Of a stretch of 64,000 bases of DNA, positions 61,336 to 64,000 are shown one piece after another. The stretch's first letter is position 1; the number at the start of each line of letters is the position of its first letter. The notes beneath the pieces are model-generated. The model worked only from the letters and a program-made list of their open reading frames with translations. It had not been told where the DNA came from and made no database searches. Made by a program: the position numbers and the translations under genes. This DNA comes from Caecitellus pseudoparvulus (Eukaryota; Protista; Bigyra: Bicosoecida): NCBI GenBank assembly GCA_965644315.1, contig CBFFRQ010000020.1, positions 124,001 to 188,000 of the forward strand, in the 5' to 3' direction.

Positions 61336-64000
61336 TCACGGAACTGGGGTTGGTGCGCTGCTCACCGAGGGAGGAGCAGTTGGCAAACTTGTTCTCGTTG
61401 CACTTGGCGAGGGTGCAGCCGTGATCGACGAACTGGGCGACGGGTCTCTTGACACTGTGGAAGAAGGAGAAGGTGTGACAGCAGAAGAGGCACTCGCAGT
61501 CGGAGTGACGGTCGAGGATGGGGTGGGCGTCGGCGCGGCAGAAGGCAGCGGCACCTCCCCAGAGCAGTCATGCCGAAGGGTCGAAAGAACGGCAATGTGG
61601 ACCGTTGCTGGGGTTGTCACTGAGGTGGTTTGAAGATTCTTGAAGAAGACGTTCAAGGTCGGAGGGTCTTGCGAAGAAACTGTGGCTGTGCACAGCACCC
61701 CACTGATTCCAGACCATCCGCTGTGGAGCTGACACAACACCATATCGCAAGTTGTGGCGAATTCATACCCAGGAATGCATGTCGGTGAGGGCACTGCGCA
61801 GTTCGATGTCCACGAGCTGAGAACGAACACCTCCTGCCCAGAAGCAGGGATTGTGATGGATCCCGTTGTGAGTGTAGCTGTCAGCAGGCCACGGAAGCCT
61901 GGGTATCCCCAAGTGAAAGGCACCAGCGGATCTTCCTGTGATCCAACAATGATCCTTCCCACATTGCAGCCATCTGGATCGAGACCGATCGCTCCAGTGC
62001 CATCAACGTCCATGAAGGCCCCTGGAAAGAAACTGGTTCTACTTGATATTCGGCACAAAGTGCGCGCCGAGTACTGAACGGGTTGCTCGCTAACATCAAG
62101 GCTGCCAGGGGCAAGGTGGATAGAGCCAATCTGCAAAGGGTCTGAGGAACTGCTTGTCGCGACCACACTGACACTGCCAGCAGTCAGCCCCCCAGTTGAC
62201 GCAGGCCCGGCGGCCGCGCGGATGTTCGACCATGCCTCACCGGCGCCGCTGCTCACTGTGTGCGCTGATGCTGACACGAGAACTGGGGTGGCGCTTCCTC
62301 CATACCCACCTGTGCTTGTTATTGCGACGTTGAATCCCAGAACGGAAAACTGGCCGAGACCCGAAAGAGTAGCGTCATCACTCACAGAGAGGGTCACGTC
62401 GTCATCGAGGGTCAGGCTTGCTGCTGCAGTTTCCATGATTATTTTCCCTCGTGCACCCGCGCCTGCGCCTTCTCCTGCATACAATGTGACTATTCCTCCA
62501 CCCCCGCTGACGCCATCACCGCCAAACAACGACACCTTGCCTCCGGCACCAGTTGACGAACCTGTGCCTCCAAGCAGACTCAAACTACCCCCTGCGGCAG
62601 TTTGGCTGTCTCCAGCTTCCAGCAACACATGCCCGCCAACGCCTAGTCCTGAAGCTTGACCTCCCGTGATTTCACTCAGACTTGGTGTGCTGCCGCTTCC
62701 ACCGGAGAACAGAATACTGCCTCGTGCAGCCCCACTCGCTGCAGAACTGCTGGTTCCCAGCGCAACATTGCCACTGGCGCCAGAGACGCTGGAGCCCCCA
62801 GAAAACAAGATGGAGCCAGTTGAACCTGCAACCCCACCAGTCGATGCCACGCTGATGGTTCCCGAGCCTGTACCCCCACTTCCGCTCTCAACCACTACAA
62901 GCCCACCGTTCCCGGAGTCTGAATCGCCAGCAGTAATGGCTACTGCACCTGCATGATTTGCCGGGCCTGCTCCTGCCCCGCAGCTACCAGATGCTACCTC
63001 AACGGGCCCACCTTGGAAGCTGCCTGCGGCGTCTCCTCCACGTGCAGCTATGCTGCTGCTCGTTGACACACTTGAACCAGTGCGTACGCTCAGTGAGCCT
63101 GCTTGGTGCCCATTGGCAGAGGAGAATTCCAGGAGTCCAGAGGGTCCTGCACTCGCTGGTGCGGTGCGAAGAAGAATATCTCCACTTGCAGCAGCCACAG
63201 TGTTGTTTGCTGAAGTGAACAAAACTGCTCCACTGGCGTCGGATGAGGATAGACCAGACCGCACTTCGACGTTTCCTCCTTGTGAAGCACCTGCACTGCC
63301 AGCAAGTAGCATTGCGTTCCCCCCTGCTCCTGCACCTGTACCCGCGGCCGCCGACAAGCCACCGGCAGTTCCAGATGCCGCCCCACCTGCTTGTAGCCGA
63401 ATATGGCCAGCAGTAGGGGTGCCTGTTGCGGCACCGACTGAAGCGATTAAGCTTCCTGCTTCACTGGAGGTGCCTGCTTCTCCTACAATGACAGAAACGG
63501 ATCCGCTGCTACCGCTAGTTGCAGCAGCTGTTGAGAGCAAAATACTGCCACTGCCATCGTCAGAGGAGCCGGAAACTATAGACACCGAGCCGGATGCTCC
63601 GGTGGAAGCTCCGGACTCGAACAGAACATGCCCGCCAGTTCCTCCAGCTGCACCGGCCAGAACACTCACATGGCCTGCAGTAGGCAGCTCTGGCGGGCGA
63701 ATGAGCAAGTCTCCGGCGGCAGGACGACTACCAGTCCTGAGTACGACGTCACCCGCACCCCCCGCCGTTGATGAGCCTGTACTAAGGATAAGGTGGCCAC
63801 TGCTGCGAGCATCCTGAGAACCAGTTATGAGCGAAAGGGCTCCAGATGGGCCGCTATTCCCCACGCCAGATGCTTCAGCCGTGGACAACAGCAGTTTCGC
63901 ACCAGTGTAAGGGGCGCCAGGGGAACTGACAGATCTGCCCGTGACAATCTGCACACCACCCCCGTCACCAGTGCCTTCTCCAGCAAACAGCTCAAGATCC
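61336..64000 (-). CDS. Gly/Ser-rich repetitive fibre-like protein (5' end outside window)
   Basis: Frame open to the window edge. Dozens of ~14-aa G-x-(V/I)-x-(L/I)-x-(S/A/T)-G repeats, then a globular beta-rich C-terminal domain and an S/T/P tail. Confidence 0.8.
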   Translation of the reverse strand, partial: DLELFAGEGTGDGGGVQIVTGRSVSSPGAPYTGAKLLLSTAEASGVGNSGPSGALSLITGSQDARSSGHLILSTGSSTAGGAGDVVLRTGSRPAAGDLLIRPPELPTAGHVSVLAGAAGGTGGHVLFESGASTGASGSVSIVSGSSDDGSGSILLSTAAATSGSSGSVSVIVGEAGTSSEAGSLIASVGAATGTPTAGHIRLQAGGAASGTAGGLSAAAGTGAGAGGNAMLLAGSAGASQGGNVEVRSGLSSSDASGAVLFTSANNTVAAASGDILLRTAPASAGPSGLLEFSSANGHQAGSLSVRTGSSVSTSSSIAARGGDAAGSFQGGPVEVASGSCGAGAGPANHAGAVAITAGDSDSGNGGLVVVESGSGGTGSGTISVASTGGVAGSTGSILFSGGSSVSGASGNVALGTSSSAASGAARGSILFSGGSGSTPSLSEITGGQASGLGVGGHVLLEAGDSQTAAGGSLSLLGGTGSSTGAGGKVSLFGGDGVSGGGGIVTLYAGEGAGAGARGKIIMETAAASLTLDDDVTLSVSDDATLSGLGQFSVLGFNVAITSTGGYGGSATPVLVSASAHTVSSGAGEAWSNIRAAAGPASTGGLTAGSVSVVATSSSSDPLQIGSIHLAPGSLDVSEQPVQYSARTLCRISSRTSFFPGAFMDVDGTGAIGLDPDGCNVGRIIVGSQEDPLVPFTWGYPGFRGLLTATLTTGSITIPASGQEVFVLSSWTSNCAVPSPTCIPGYEFATTCDMVLCQLHSGWSGISGVLCTATVSSQDPPTLNVFFKNLQTTSVTTPATVHIAVLSTLRHDCSGEVPLPSAAPTPTPSSTVTPTASASSAVTPSPSSTVSRDPSPSSSITAAPSPSATRTSLPTAPPSVSSAPTPVP

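Overview
This is a gene-dense, GC-rich eukaryotic nuclear window. It holds about 27 protein-coding genes, short GT-AG spliceosomal introns (mostly 64-100 nt, often with a GTGCGT donor) and very short or zero intergenic spacers. Gene content suggests a heterotrophic protist, possibly a stramenopile (inference only). Housekeeping genes include a class V PLP aminotransferase (partial), NTH1, a CID protein, a SET protein, an ankyrin protein, USB1, RNASEH2A, NAA15, GPR89, a PARL-like rhomboid, PDCD5, OSCA/TMEM63, anoctamin, a GH38 alpha-mannosidase, mitochondrial RRF, a PH protein, SNIP1 and an SLC38-like transporter. The notable elements are: (i) a B12-dependent monomeric class II ribonucleotide reductase with a mitochondrial-type presequence; (ii) a ~3400-aa receptor with about 10 SRCR domains, one of which is split by a ~250-aa insert bracketed by two RRL motifs; (iii) the same RRL/RLLQ motif in a Cys-rich multi-TM receptor and in an ATF6/bZIP28-like membrane-tethered bZIP, hinting at a shared site-1-protease-type processing system; (iv) a spliced, bacterial-type YbaB/EbfC gene; (v) a divergent histone stem-loop binding protein hidden across introns; (vi) a phage-tail-fibre-like Gly/Ser repeat protein running off the right edge. 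I found no rRNA, tRNA, CRISPR array or transposon. All calls come from motif recognition by eye; no searches were run.
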